A DNA stretch of 64,000 nucleotides from Corallococcus caeni (GTDB taxonomy: Bacteria; Myxococcota; Myxococcia; Myxococcales; Myxococcaceae): contig NZ_BTTW01000008.1 of the NCBI RefSeq assembly GCF_036245865.1, forward strand, positions 224,396 to 288,395. Reading direction: 5' to 3'. Under the pieces are notes generated by a model, which had not been told where the DNA came from, did not search any database, and worked only from the letters and a program-made list of their open reading frames with translations. Positions 36,327 to 46,272 of this stretch are shown piece after piece. A program made the position numbers and the translations under genes. Each line of letters starts with the position of its first letter. Position 1 is the stretch's first letter.

Positions 36327-37241
36327 TCAGGGCAACAGCACGGGCGGCGCGGCGCGCGCGTGGCGCAGGAAGCGGCCCGCGACGCCCGACGGTTCGTCCA
36401 CGGGCAGGGCCCAGGAGAACGCGCGCGCGATGCGCAGCCCCGGCACGGGCAGCACCTGGAAGCGCCCCAGGGACAGCTCGCCGTGGATGCTCCAGCGCGA
36501 CAGCAGTGCCACGCCCAGGCCCAGCGCCAGGGCCTTCTTGATGGCCTCGGTGCTCCCCAACTGGAGGTCTCCCGGCTGGGGCCCCTTGCGCACGCCCGCC
36601 TTGCGCAGGGCCCGGTCCAGCACCGCGCGGGTGCCGGAGCCCTGCTCCCTCCAGAGCAGCGGCACTCTCTTCAGGGCGTCGAGCGTGCGGATGCGCAACC
36701 ACTCCGGCGGCCCCTGTGACGCGACGACCGGCACCAGCTCGTCGTCCAGGTACCGCTCCAGCCGGATGCGCGGCGCCCGCGCGTGCCCCTCCACGAGCCC
36801 GAGCGGCACCCGGCCCTCCGCGAGCCACGCCAGCACCTCACGCGTATTGCCCACTTCCAGACGGACCTGGAGATCCCGGTGGGTCCGCAGGAACGACGCC
36901 AGGAGGCCGGGCACGATGGCGCCGGCGATGGTGGTGCTGGCCGCCAGCGCCAGCTCGCCCGTGAGCGTCTCTTCCGCCGCGATGGCGAGCGCCGCCTCGT
37001 CCAGCAGGCCGTGGATGCGCTGGGCGTAATCGAGGAGCACGCGCCCCGCCGCGTTCAAGCGCACGCCTCGCGCGGTGCGCACGAGGAGCGGCTGGCCGCA
37101 GTCCGCTTCCAACTGGCGGATCTGCGCCGTCACGGCGGGCTGCGACAGGTGGAGCAAGCGCGAGGCGGCGGAGACCTGCCCGGTCGTCGCGACGACACGG
37201 AAGGTTTCGAGCCGGCGGGGATCGACGAACAAGGCCGCCAT
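36327..37241 (-). CDS. LysR-family transcriptional regulator (YeiE-like)
   Basis: HTH (LETFRVVATTGQVSAASRLLHLSQPAVTAQIRQLEADCGQPLLVR) plus a periplasmic-binding-protein-fold effector domain. Confidence 0.85.
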   Translation of the reverse strand: MAALFVDPRRLETFRVVATTGQVSAASRLLHLSQPAVTAQIRQLEADCGQPLLVRTARGVRLNAAGRVLLDYAQRIHGLLDEAALAIAAEETLTGELALAASTTIAGAIVPGLLASFLRTHRDLQVRLEVGNTREVLAWLAEGRVPLGLVEGHARAPRIRLERYLDDELVPVVASQGPPEWLRIRTLDALKRVPLLWREQGSGTRAVLDRALRKAGVRKGPQPGDLQLGSTEAIKKALALGLGVALLSRWSIHGELSLGRFQVLPVPGLRIARAFSWALPVDEPSGVAGRFLRHARAAPPVLLP

Positions 37242-37374
37242 CCTAGACGACGTCCAGAGGCAGGGGCCCCCTCATCGGTGGGTGTTGAGAAGGGGGCGCT
37301 TGCGTCCGCCTGCCCGGCCGCGCGGCAGGTGGTTCTCATTGGAAGCGTCAGGGCCTTTGATAGGTTGCCGCCCC

Positions 37375-38391
37375 ATGAAGAAGATCCTGGTCGCGCTCCT
37401 CGTGCTCATCGTCCTGGCGGTCGCGGGTGTGGGCGGAGCGTTCATGCATTTCCAGAACGCCACCACCGCGCCGCACGCCGCGGCGGACCCGGCGCCCAAG
37501 GAGTTCATCGTGAAGAAGGGCGCGTCCGCGCGCTCGCTGGGCCAGCAGCTCCAGGCCCAGGGCTTCCTGGACGACCCCACCGTGTGGCGCTTCCACCTGT
37601 GGCGCCGGGGCAGCCTCAACGTGAAGGCCGGCCGCTTCATGCTGAGCCCCACCGCGTCCGTGGCGGAGCTGGCCACCGCGCTGGAAGGCCCGCCGCTGCC
37701 GGAGGACGTGCCCTTCGCCATGATTGAAGGCTGGCGCCTGCGCGACACCGACCAGGTGCTCGCCGCGCAGGGCCTCATCAAGCCGGGCGAGTACATCGCC
37801 GCGGCCAGCCGTCCGGACCGCTTCGCCGCGCCGTTCCCGCTGCCCACGCGCAGCCTGGAGGGCTACCTGTACCCGGAGACGTACGGCATCGTCGCGGAGA
37901 ACTTCAAGGTGGAGGCGTTCATCCAGCGGCAGATCGACACCTTCCGCGCCCGCTTCTACGACGCGCACCAGGAGGAGATCGCCAAGAGCGGCCGGTCGCT
38001 GCACGACATCGTCGTGATGGCCTCCATGCTGGAGCGCGAGGAGCCGGTGCCGTCCCAGCGCGCGCTCGTGGCGGGCATCCTCTGGAAGCGCGTGGACAAG
38101 GGCTTCCCGCTGGGCGTGGACGCGACCAGCCGCTACGAACTCGCGGAGTGGAACGACCGCAAGGCGTTCCTCAAGCGGCTGCGGGACAACTCGGATCCGT
38201 GGAACTCGCGCACCCGCGCGGGCCTGCCGCCGGGTCCGATTGGCGCGCCCACGGTGGACTCGCTGCTCGCCGCGCTGCGGCCGGTGAAGAGCGACTTCTG
38301 GTACTACCTGCACGACGCGCAGAAGGTCCTGCACCCGTCTCGCAACGCGCAGGAACACGAAGCACTGCGGGCCAAGTACAACGTGTACTGA
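37375..38391 (+). CDS. mltG: Endolytic murein transglycosylase MltG (YceG-like)
   Basis: N-terminal transmembrane segment (MKKILVALLVLIVLAVAGVGGAF), then the YceG domain (GRFMLSPTASVAELATAL ... SLEGYLYPETY ... ASMLEREE ... LPPGPIGAP). The upstream 100 codons of the ORF were trimmed. Confidence 0.85.
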   Translation: MKKILVALLVLIVLAVAGVGGAFMHFQNATTAPHAAADPAPKEFIVKKGASARSLGQQLQAQGFLDDPTVWRFHLWRRGSLNVKAGRFMLSPTASVAELATALEGPPLPEDVPFAMIEGWRLRDTDQVLAAQGLIKPGEYIAAASRPDRFAAPFPLPTRSLEGYLYPETYGIVAENFKVEAFIQRQIDTFRARFYDAHQEEIAKSGRSLHDIVVMASMLEREEPVPSQRALVAGILWKRVDKGFPLGVDATSRYELAEWNDRKAFLKRLRDNSDPWNSRTRAGLPPGPIGAPTVDSLLAALRPVKSDFWYYLHDAQKVLHPSRNAQEHEALRAKYNVY

Positions 38392-38400
38392 GGCCCGCCG

Positions 38401-40092
38401 ATGACGTCCCCCCTCGTCAAGCCAGACGGTCCCTCCGCTCCCGCCACCAGCGCGGAGGCGGCGTTGCGCGAGGAGGTGGCGCTGCTGCGCCAGGAGACCG
38501 AACGGCTCCGCCGGCTGCTGGAGACCGCGGCGACCGTGACCTGGACGGACCGCCTGGACGACGCGCGGTCGCCCCTCTCGCCCTCGTGGACGGCCTTCAC
38601 GGGGCAGCCCACGGAGCAGCTGCGCAACGGGGGCTGGCTCCATGCCGTGCATCCGGACGACCGGGAAGGGGCGCTGGCGGCGTGGGAGCAGGCCACGGCC
38701 AGCAACCAGCGCTTCTCCACGCGCTACCGGCTGCGCCGCGCGGACGGCACCTACGTGTGGATGCTCGCCCGGGGCATGCCGGTGCTGGGGCCGGACGGCG
38801 CCGTGCGCGAGTGGGTGGGCACCTGCATCGACATCCAGGCGCAGGCCCTGGGCGAGGAGCGCGCCGCGTTCCTGGCGCGGGCCAGCGAGCTGTTCTCGTC
38901 GTCGCTGGACGCTGGCGCCACGCTCGCGTCGCTGGCGAACCTGTCGGTGGGGAAGCTCGCGGACTGGTGCATCGTGGACGTGCTGCATCCGGACGGGCAC
39001 TTCGAGCGCGTCCAGGTGGTGACGGAGGATCCGGCGCTGACTTCGCTCGCGGCGGCGGTGCAACAGCTGCCGCCGGTGCCCCGGGAGCGGCCCGTCTATC
39101 CTCCCGCGGTGGCGCTGGCCACCGGCCGGTCCACCGTCGTGCCGGAGGTCACCGACGCGCTGATGCAGGCCGTGGCGCAGGACGTGAACCATCTGGCGGC
39201 CATGCGCACGTTGGGCATCCGGTCGTTGCTCACGGTGCCGCTGCTGGCCCGGGGCCACATCCTGGGGGCGCTGACCTTCCTGGTCACCACCTCCGGGCGC
39301 CGCTATGGCGACGAGGATCTCCAGTTCGCCCAGGAGTTGGCGAACCTGGCCGGGCTCGCGGTGGACAACGCGCGGCTGCTCCAGGGCGCGCGCGACGCCA
39401 TCCGCCTGCGCGACGAGTTCCTGTCCGTCGCGAGCCATGAGCTGAAGACGCCGCTGACGCCGCTGAGCCTGAAGCTCCAGGCGCTCTCGCGCGCGGTGAA
39501 GGCGCACCCGGACTCGCCGCTCGCGCCCGTCATCGAGGCGCACGTGGAGACGGGGCACCGCCAGGTCCGCCGGCTCACGGAGCTGATGAACGACCTGCTG
39601 GACGTGTCGCGCATCAGCGCCGGCACCTTCCGCCTGCAGCGCGAGGACGTGGACGTCGCGGAGGTGGTGCGCGAGGCGGCCGCGCGGTTCGCGCCCAGGT
39701 TCGCCGTGGAGCACTGCGACTTCCGCGTGGAGGCCCCGGAGCCGGTGCACGGCAGCTTCGACCGGTCACGCCTGGCGCAGGTGTTGGATCACCTGCTGGA
39801 CAACGCCCTCAAGTACGGCGCCGGCACGCCGGTGTCCGTGGGGCTCGTGGTGGATGGGTCCAGGGTCCGGATCACGGTGCGCGACGGCGGCATCGGCATC
39901 TCGAAGGAGCAGCGGCCCCGCCTCTTCGAGCGCTACGGCCGCGCGGTGTCCGAGCGCCACTACGGCGGACTGGGGCTGGGGCTCTACCTCACCCGCACCA
40001 TCGTGGAGGCCGAGGGCGGCAGCGTGTCCGTGGACAGCCGCCTGGGCGAGGGCGCGACGTTCGAGGTGGAGCTGCCGCTCACGCGGCCCTGA
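38401..40092 (+). CDS. Sensor histidine kinase (PAS-GAF-HisKA-HATPase_c, cytoplasmic)
   Basis: PAS (WTAFTGQPTEQLRNGGWLHAVHPDDRE ... YRLRRADGTYVWMLARGMPV), GAF, H-box (SVASHELKTPLTPL), and G-boxes (RDGGIGI ... GGLGLGLYL). It starts 10 nt after mltG. Confidence 0.85.
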   Translation: MTSPLVKPDGPSAPATSAEAALREEVALLRQETERLRRLLETAATVTWTDRLDDARSPLSPSWTAFTGQPTEQLRNGGWLHAVHPDDREGALAAWEQATASNQRFSTRYRLRRADGTYVWMLARGMPVLGPDGAVREWVGTCIDIQAQALGEERAAFLARASELFSSSLDAGATLASLANLSVGKLADWCIVDVLHPDGHFERVQVVTEDPALTSLAAAVQQLPPVPRERPVYPPAVALATGRSTVVPEVTDALMQAVAQDVNHLAAMRTLGIRSLLTVPLLARGHILGALTFLVTTSGRRYGDEDLQFAQELANLAGLAVDNARLLQGARDAIRLRDEFLSVASHELKTPLTPLSLKLQALSRAVKAHPDSPLAPVIEAHVETGHRQVRRLTELMNDLLDVSRISAGTFRLQREDVDVAEVVREAAARFAPRFAVEHCDFRVEAPEPVHGSFDRSRLAQVLDHLLDNALKYGAGTPVSVGLVVDGSRVRITVRDGGIGISKEQRPRLFERYGRAVSERHYGGLGLGLYLTRTIVEAEGGSVSVDSRLGEGATFEVELPLTRP

Positions 40093-40096
40093 GCCA

Positions 40097-41074
40097 CTAC
40101 GGCGTGCTCGTGCCGGGCGGCTGGGGCGACGTGTGGAACATGTCCGCGAGGATTCGCTCGGCCGCGTCCGCGAGCAGGTCCCGGGCCATGCGCGTCTCCT
40201 CGCCGAAGATGCCGCGCGACGTGCGCGCGTCCAGCACGTGCGTGGCGAGCAGCGAGAACGCCGCGGGCTCGTCGAACGTCGCCTCCGAGGAGAGGACGCG
40301 CTTGCCGGGCTGCGGATCCTCCTCGTGGAAGCGCCCCTCCCAGGTGTCGCCCAGGGTGATGGAGAAGTACTGCGCCGCCACGTTGCCGGGCCGCGACATG
40401 TGCGAGGCGGCCACCACCGCGCGAAGCTGGCCGCGCTCCTCGGCGGTCATCTGGCGCTTCCAGGCTTCGACCGACGCGTGCATCGTGTCGATTTGATCCC
40501 TCGCCGAGTCCTCCGCGTTCTTCAGGAGGTCCGGCACCTGGGCGTGGATGAACGTGGAGAGCTGGTCCCGCGTCACGCGGTTCGCGGCCAGCACGGAGTC
40601 CACGAGCGCGAGCGACGCGCCGAGCATCCGGTGCTGCCGCGCCAGCGCTTCGGCCGGGAGGCCGCGGGTGTCCAGGCTCGTGGCCGACGCGGTGATGAGG
40701 CCGCGCAGTGTGGTGAGGCGCGTGCGGGTGTCGTCGTCGAGCGCGTCCTGCTGGCTGGCGAGCAGGACGTGGAGCGCGAGGGGGACGTGCGTGACGGCCT
40801 TGTATTCGTGGTAGCGGCGCGTGCGCGCGGGGGCCTCGAAGCGCTGGCCGCCCTTGCGCAGGATGAGCACGTCGTCGATCTGCGCGATGACGGGGCCCAT
40901 GCGGGACAGCACCGCCTCACGGCGCGCGGCGTACGCGTCGCGGAAGGCCTGGTTGAGCACGGAGAGCGGATCCGCGGGCTCCAGCGCCACGGTGCGCGCG
41001 ACCTCGGAGGGCGGTTCGGGAGGAGGGGAAGGGGAGGCGGGACCGCCCACGGGGCACTCGGCCATGGGCGGCAC
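40097..41074 (-). CDS. Hypothetical protein
   Basis: Protein-like composition. Convergent with the histidine kinase (4-nt gap). No recognisable family. Confidence 0.45.
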   Translation of the reverse strand: MPPMAECPVGGPASPSPPPEPPSEVARTVALEPADPLSVLNQAFRDAYAARREAVLSRMGPVIAQIDDVLILRKGGQRFEAPARTRRYHEYKAVTHVPLALHVLLASQQDALDDDTRTRLTTLRGLITASATSLDTRGLPAEALARQHRMLGASLALVDSVLAANRVTRDQLSTFIHAQVPDLLKNAEDSARDQIDTMHASVEAWKRQMTAEERGQLRAVVAASHMSRPGNVAAQYFSITLGDTWEGRFHEEDPQPGKRVLSSEATFDEPAAFSLLATHVLDARTSRGIFGEETRMARDLLADAAERILADMFHTSPQPPGTSTP

Positions 41075-41257
41075 CGTAGCGCCCTCCGCGCGTCCGTCAG
41101 CCGCGGGCTCGGGCCGGGTGTCCGGATTCCTTCAACCCGCACGGGCGGTTCGTGCACACAGGCATCAGGTGTGGACCCCGTGGGGGCGCACCTCACGAAC
41201 CGGTCCGACTGTCGGACAGGTTTGGAAGCCTGCGTGGGCCAGCAGGGCTGCCGGGGG

Positions 41258-43606
41258 TCAGGGCAGGGGCGTGACGCTGGGCGGCGGTGGCACCGCGATG
41301 CCCGAGGGGGTCGCCGCCGTCAGGTCCCGGGCGGCTCGCGCGAGCCCCGCGTCCTTCGGGGAGAGCGCGGAGGCCCGTGCGTACAGCTCACGCGCCAGCT
41401 CCAGTCGTCCCGCGCGCAGGTGGTGCTCCGCGGCGATGGCCACCACCCGCCAATCCTCCGGCGCCTCCGCGAGCCCTGCCGCCACCGCCCCCTCCATGGG
41501 CGCGGTGGGGAACGCGGCGGTCGGCGTGCGCTGGAGCGCGGCGGTATAGGCCCGAAGCGCCTCCGCGTTCCGCCCCAGCGCGGCCAGGGCCCGGGCCCGG
41601 AGGTACTCCGTGGGCGCCAGGTCCGGGAAGAGGGCGAGCACCTCCGAAGCGTCCACCAGCGCTCCCGCCGCGTTGCCCCAGGCCAGCCGCTCGGAGGCCC
41701 GCGCATGCCGGGCATCCAGCGAGTCGTGCAGCGCGAACAGCTCCTCGCTCCACGCGTCGCGGCGAGGATCCCCCAACGCCTCCGCCCCCGCGACCGCGAA
41801 CGCCAGCGCGTCCAGCGTGCCGCCGCGCCGCTTCAGCGACTCCGCCGCATCCGCAAGGGCCTGCTCCCGCTCACCGCCGGCCAGCCGGCACCGCGCGGAC
41901 ACCAGCAGGGGATCCAGCGAGGTGTCGTAGAGCACGCTCCGGAACCCCGCCTCCGCCGCGGCCTCCGCAGCGGGCAGCGCCTGCTCGCAGTGCCCCGCGC
42001 GCCGCGCCAGCTCCGCCATGAAGAAGAGGTCCATGGGCGTGTCCGCGCCAAACCGCTGGAGCGACAGCGCCGCCGAGCGCGCCGCCACCTCGGGAGACTC
42101 GAACGGCACGCCGCGCAGCGGGCGCAGCAGCGCCGTGAAGGGCTGCGCCGCCTGGATCCGCTCGAACGCGCGCGTGGCCTCGTCGTAGCGCCCCGCAGCC
42201 AGCGCGGAGGCCATCGCGGACGCATCCGCCGCGTTCGTCTCACCGCGCTCGAACTGCCGCTGCACGTCCCGCACGAAGGGAAACAACACCGGCAGCGCGA
42301 AGACCGCCGCCGTCAGCCCGCCATACACTGCCAGCGCCCGCGGCTGCCGTCGCGCCTGGAACACCACCGCCACGCCCACCCCCGCGAACAGGGCCCACGC
42401 CGGCAGCGCGGCGACGCGATAGCGGCTCACCACGTAGAACCCCAGCGCGAGCACGGAGCTGGCGAACAGGTACAGCACGCCCCAACCCACGCGCACCCGG
42501 CGGAGCAGCGCGATGAGCAGGCCCGCCAGTCCCATCAGCCCCAATGCCTGCGCGCTCACCAGCGGCCACTCCGCCAGCCGCGCCTCCGCGCGACGGACCT
42601 CCACCAGGTCGTGCCCGTCCGGCCCGAACAGGAAGAAGGCGAGCTTGCGGCGGATGAGTCCCAGGAACGTGCCGGGCTCCCATGCCGCGAAGGCCAGCGT
42701 CTTCTTCACCCAGAACAGCTCCGCGTCCGCCGGGGACAGCGCATGGCCGGTGTCCGCGCGCGCGAACTCCCGGTAGAGGTGGTGGGCATAGTCCGGACGG
42801 TCCTTGGAGCGCAGTTGCGCCTCGTACTGCTTCACGAGCGTGGGCGGCTGCGCACCCAGGCCCGTGCCCTCCGGCCGGTTGCCCATGTGCAGCACCGCGC
42901 CCGCGCTCATTGTCGCTCCCACCTGCGAGCCCACCCGCGCGCGCACCACGAGCGTCGGCAGCGCGGAGGCCCCGAACCCCACGGCCAGCAGGAGCCCCGG
43001 CGCCAGCCAGCGCCGTCCGGGGTGCCCCCAGGCCTCGCGCACCATCCACAGCGCCGCGAGCCCCAGGATGAACAACCCCGTGGGCCGCGTCGCCCCCGAC
43101 AGCCCCAGCAGCACGCCCGCGCCCACCACGGAAGGCGTCCGGAAGCCCGGGCTCGCGGCGGCCAGCAGCGCCAGCGCCGCCAGGTTGAACACCATCACCA
43201 GCAGGTCGGGCTCCAGCGTGGCTTCGTACAGCAGCACCGGCACCGTCACCGCCAGCAGCCCCGCCGCCAGCAGCCCCGCCGCGCGAGACAGCATCCGGGA
43301 GCCCAGCACGTACACGGCCCACAGCCCCACCGCGCCCGCGAGGCTCTGGAGGACGCGCAGGGGCCCGGGCGCGAGCACCCCGTTGAGCAGCAGGTAGAGC
43401 GGGCTGAAGTCCGCGCCCTGCTCCGGGGACAGCGTCCCCAGGGTCAGCATGCGGGCGCTGTCCGGATACTTCCCGAACATCCACGCCGGCAGCAGGGTCA
43501 GCCCCAGGGCGACGTGAAGCAGGCACAGGAGCCCGAGCATCCCCGGAACGAACCAGGGGCGGGACACGAGGGACGGCGCGGACGGAGCATTCACGAGCGG
43601 CCCCAT
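41258..43606 (-). CDS. Polytopic membrane glycosyltransferase-like (GT39/ArnT-PMT fold) protein with C-terminal TPR repeats
   Basis: At least 10 N-terminal transmembrane helices with a periplasmic-loop pattern typical of GT-C enzymes. C-terminal TPR-like repeats follow (EALRAYTAALQRTP, RAGRLELARELYARASALSP). The start is placed at MGPLVNAP. Alternatives are 43684 and 43540. Confidence 0.55.
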   Translation of the reverse strand: MGPLVNAPSAPSLVSRPWFVPGMLGLLCLLHVALGLTLLPAWMFGKYPDSARMLTLGTLSPEQGADFSPLYLLLNGVLAPGPLRVLQSLAGAVGLWAVYVLGSRMLSRAAGLLAAGLLAVTVPVLLYEATLEPDLLVMVFNLAALALLAAASPGFRTPSVVGAGVLLGLSGATRPTGLFILGLAALWMVREAWGHPGRRWLAPGLLLAVGFGASALPTLVVRARVGSQVGATMSAGAVLHMGNRPEGTGLGAQPPTLVKQYEAQLRSKDRPDYAHHLYREFARADTGHALSPADAELFWVKKTLAFAAWEPGTFLGLIRRKLAFFLFGPDGHDLVEVRRAEARLAEWPLVSAQALGLMGLAGLLIALLRRVRVGWGVLYLFASSVLALGFYVVSRYRVAALPAWALFAGVGVAVVFQARRQPRALAVYGGLTAAVFALPVLFPFVRDVQRQFERGETNAADASAMASALAAGRYDEATRAFERIQAAQPFTALLRPLRGVPFESPEVAARSAALSLQRFGADTPMDLFFMAELARRAGHCEQALPAAEAAAEAGFRSVLYDTSLDPLLVSARCRLAGGEREQALADAAESLKRRGGTLDALAFAVAGAEALGDPRRDAWSEELFALHDSLDARHARASERLAWGNAAGALVDASEVLALFPDLAPTEYLRARALAALGRNAEALRAYTAALQRTPTAAFPTAPMEGAVAAGLAEAPEDWRVVAIAAEHHLRAGRLELARELYARASALSPKDAGLARAARDLTAATPSGIAVPPPPSVTPLP

Positions 43607-43719
43607 CCTACAGGCCCGCTGGCCCCTGTCCCCCGGACAGAAAAAGGCCGGCCCCGCGTCGAAGCGGGACCGGCCTTCCTTCACGACTCAGCGTTGAAGC
43701 TCAGGTGAGGCTCAGGCGC

Positions 43720-46077
43720 TCACTCGACCGGACGCACCTGGACCTGCATCACGGTGTCGTTCTTGTTCGTCGACAGCACCTCGATGATGGTGCCCGTCTT
43801 CGGGACCTTCACGCCGCCGTACGGCTGCGTGGAGTACCAGAACTCGTTCGTGTCGTTGAACACCGGCACCGCGGGCTGCGAGGGGTACTCGTTGCGCGGG
43901 AAGCCGTTGGGCTTGATGGACAGCGGGAAGCTGGGCTCCAGGCCGAACGTCGCGTCGTGCGTCTGCACGCGGCCGGACCAGTAGCGGCCGTCGCTGCGCT
44001 GCAGGGGCTGCGGGCGCGAGTCGATGGGCAGGATGCGGCCCGCACCGGGGTGCTGGGACACGTTGTTGTTCGACTGGGAGGTGTCCCAGTACGTGACGAG
44101 CAGGCCGGGGTTGTACGGGTAGCGCTCCGCCCAGTCGTACAGGCCGTCCGCGCTGAAGCCGTAGTTGTACGGGCCCGTGGCCAGCGTCTCGTCGTAGCCG
44201 CGGAACTGGCGCCACTCGGCCAGGTAGTAGTGGTCGTAGAGGGTGTTGGTGCCGTCCGTCACGAAGAACGTGGACTTGTCCCACCACTTGTGGCCCCACT
44301 CGCCGTCGTCACCGAAGACGTAGGTGTTCTTCGCGAACAGCTGCACGAAGTCCACCAGGAAGCCCTTGCCGAACTCCGCCCCGTCCGTCTTGTAGCGGAT
44401 CTTCAGCGTGACCTTCTTGCCCGCGTAGGCCGACAGGTCGAACGACAGCGGCACCCAGCCGTTGGACGTGCCGGTGATGCCGTTGCCCAGGTTGTTGCCC
44501 CAGGGGTTCGTGTCGCGGCTCACCGGGCTGGGCAGGTTGACGAACGGGCCACCCTCCACGGACAGCGCGACGTAGGCGTAGTCCCAGTCCTCCTCGATGT
44601 CGAACCACGTCTGGAACGAGAAGGTGATGGGCGTCTTGTTCGGCAGCTTGACCGTCTTCTCCAGCACGCGGTCCAGGTTGTTGCCCTGGCCGCCCTGCCA
44701 CATGCCCTGACCCTCGAACGGCGCGGTCGTGGGCTGCACGATGGGCTTGCCGGGCAGCTTCACCAGCAGCGCCTGCTTCGCGTTCTGCGACGTGAACTCC
44801 GCGGGGCCCAGCCGGTGGTACGAGTACAGGCCCGCCGACGTGGTGGCGTAGTCCAGCCAGCCCAGCTGCAGCTTGTCCCAGGCGAAGAAGTCACCCGGAC
44901 GGCTGCCGATGTCCGTGGTGCCGTCGTTCAGGTACGAGCCGGACGACATGATGGTCCAGAAGCCCGTCCCGTTGTCCGCCGCGTTCGTCGTGTCGTAGTG
45001 GTCCGGCAGGCCCAGGTCGTGGCCGAACTCGTGCGCGAACACGCCCAGTCCGCCGTTCTCCGGCTGGATGGTGTAGTCGCCCACCCACTTGTCCACGTTC
45101 GCGTTGAAGCGCGTGCCGCCGTTCGGGTTGTACGCGGGGCCGGTGCCGTCCGCGCTCCCGCCCGTGCTGTACGCGAACCAGCGGTGGCTCCACACGGCGT
45201 TGGTGCCCTGCGCGCCGCCGCCGACTTCCTCGCCCATGCCGGCGTGGACGATCTGGAAGTGGTCGATGTAGCCGTCCGGCTCGTCGAAGTTGCCGTCGCC
45301 GTCGTAGTCGTACCGGTCCCACGTGTCGAACGTGTCCAGGTACGCCTTGATCTCCGCGGGCGTCTTGCCGGCGGCCAGCTGGGCGTTGGTCCACGCCTTG
45401 ATGGCGTCGCTGATCAGCGGCCACACGGAGTTGGAGCAGCTGGAGCTGCCGCACAGGTTGTTGCCGTAGCGGGCGGCGTTGTACGGCACCTTCACCCACT
45501 CGGACACCGTGCCGGACACGGTGTAGCGGCCGGAGGACGCGGCCTTGTAGTAGTTCGCCACCGAGTCCGCGCCCGGCGTCGTGTCGAAGTAGAGCTTCTC
45601 GAAGTGCGCGCGGTCGTAGTTCGGCTGCCAGATGGTGGTGTTGTCCACCGCCCGGTCAGGGGCCGGAATTTCGTTGTGCAGCGGGCCCGGGATGTTGCCG
45701 CCCGGGTTGGTGGCGGGGTTGCCGTACACCGGGTGGATCTGCGTGCCGTACTCCACGAGGATCACGAAGATGCGGTCCGTGCGCTCCAGCTCCAGCTCCA
45801 CGAACTTCCCGTTCGCCAGCTTCTGCACCTTGCCGGGCTGACCACGGCCCTCCAGGCGCTCCCGCAGGGCCTGCGCCTTCAGCTCCTTCTGCTGCTCACC
45901 CAGCCGGTGCGGCAGGTCGTCCGTGACGTCCTGCACAACGGACTTGCGCAGCGACGCGGCCGGCGCGGCGACGTCGGATTGCGGCTTCTCGTACCAAGCC
46001 CGCTCCGCGTACGCGGACGGCGCCGCGAGCGCGAGCAGGCCCAGGGCCAGCCAAGACGGATTCTTCCGCATTGCCAC
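43720..46077 (-). CDS. Secreted M6-family (immune inhibitor A-like) zinc metalloprotease
   Basis: Signal peptide MAMRKNPSWLALGLLALAAPSAYA. HEFGHDLGLPDHYD is an HExxH zincin motif in M6-like context. Confidence 0.85.
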   Translation of the reverse strand: MAMRKNPSWLALGLLALAAPSAYAERAWYEKPQSDVAAPAASLRKSVVQDVTDDLPHRLGEQQKELKAQALRERLEGRGQPGKVQKLANGKFVELELERTDRIFVILVEYGTQIHPVYGNPATNPGGNIPGPLHNEIPAPDRAVDNTTIWQPNYDRAHFEKLYFDTTPGADSVANYYKAASSGRYTVSGTVSEWVKVPYNAARYGNNLCGSSSCSNSVWPLISDAIKAWTNAQLAAGKTPAEIKAYLDTFDTWDRYDYDGDGNFDEPDGYIDHFQIVHAGMGEEVGGGAQGTNAVWSHRWFAYSTGGSADGTGPAYNPNGGTRFNANVDKWVGDYTIQPENGGLGVFAHEFGHDLGLPDHYDTTNAADNGTGFWTIMSSGSYLNDGTTDIGSRPGDFFAWDKLQLGWLDYATTSAGLYSYHRLGPAEFTSQNAKQALLVKLPGKPIVQPTTAPFEGQGMWQGGQGNNLDRVLEKTVKLPNKTPITFSFQTWFDIEEDWDYAYVALSVEGGPFVNLPSPVSRDTNPWGNNLGNGITGTSNGWVPLSFDLSAYAGKKVTLKIRYKTDGAEFGKGFLVDFVQLFAKNTYVFGDDGEWGHKWWDKSTFFVTDGTNTLYDHYYLAEWRQFRGYDETLATGPYNYGFSADGLYDWAERYPYNPGLLVTYWDTSQSNNNVSQHPGAGRILPIDSRPQPLQRSDGRYWSGRVQTHDATFGLEPSFPLSIKPNGFPRNEYPSQPAVPVFNDTNEFWYSTQPYGGVKVPKTGTIIEVLSTNKNDTVMQVQVRPVE

Positions 46078-46272
46078 TCCTTCAGGGTCAGGTCAGACAT
46101 CCCGGCGGGTCCGGGAGCGCTCACTTTCTAATGGAAGCCATGTCCTCAAGGGAAGACCGGGAGGCTAAATTTTTCCTGCAAGGACGGAGAGAGTCTTCCG
46201 TTCGACGTTGGTCGAAAATCCGAGATTGGGTAGGGGAGGGCGGGGGGCGAAGGACTACGGTTCCGGTCCGTT

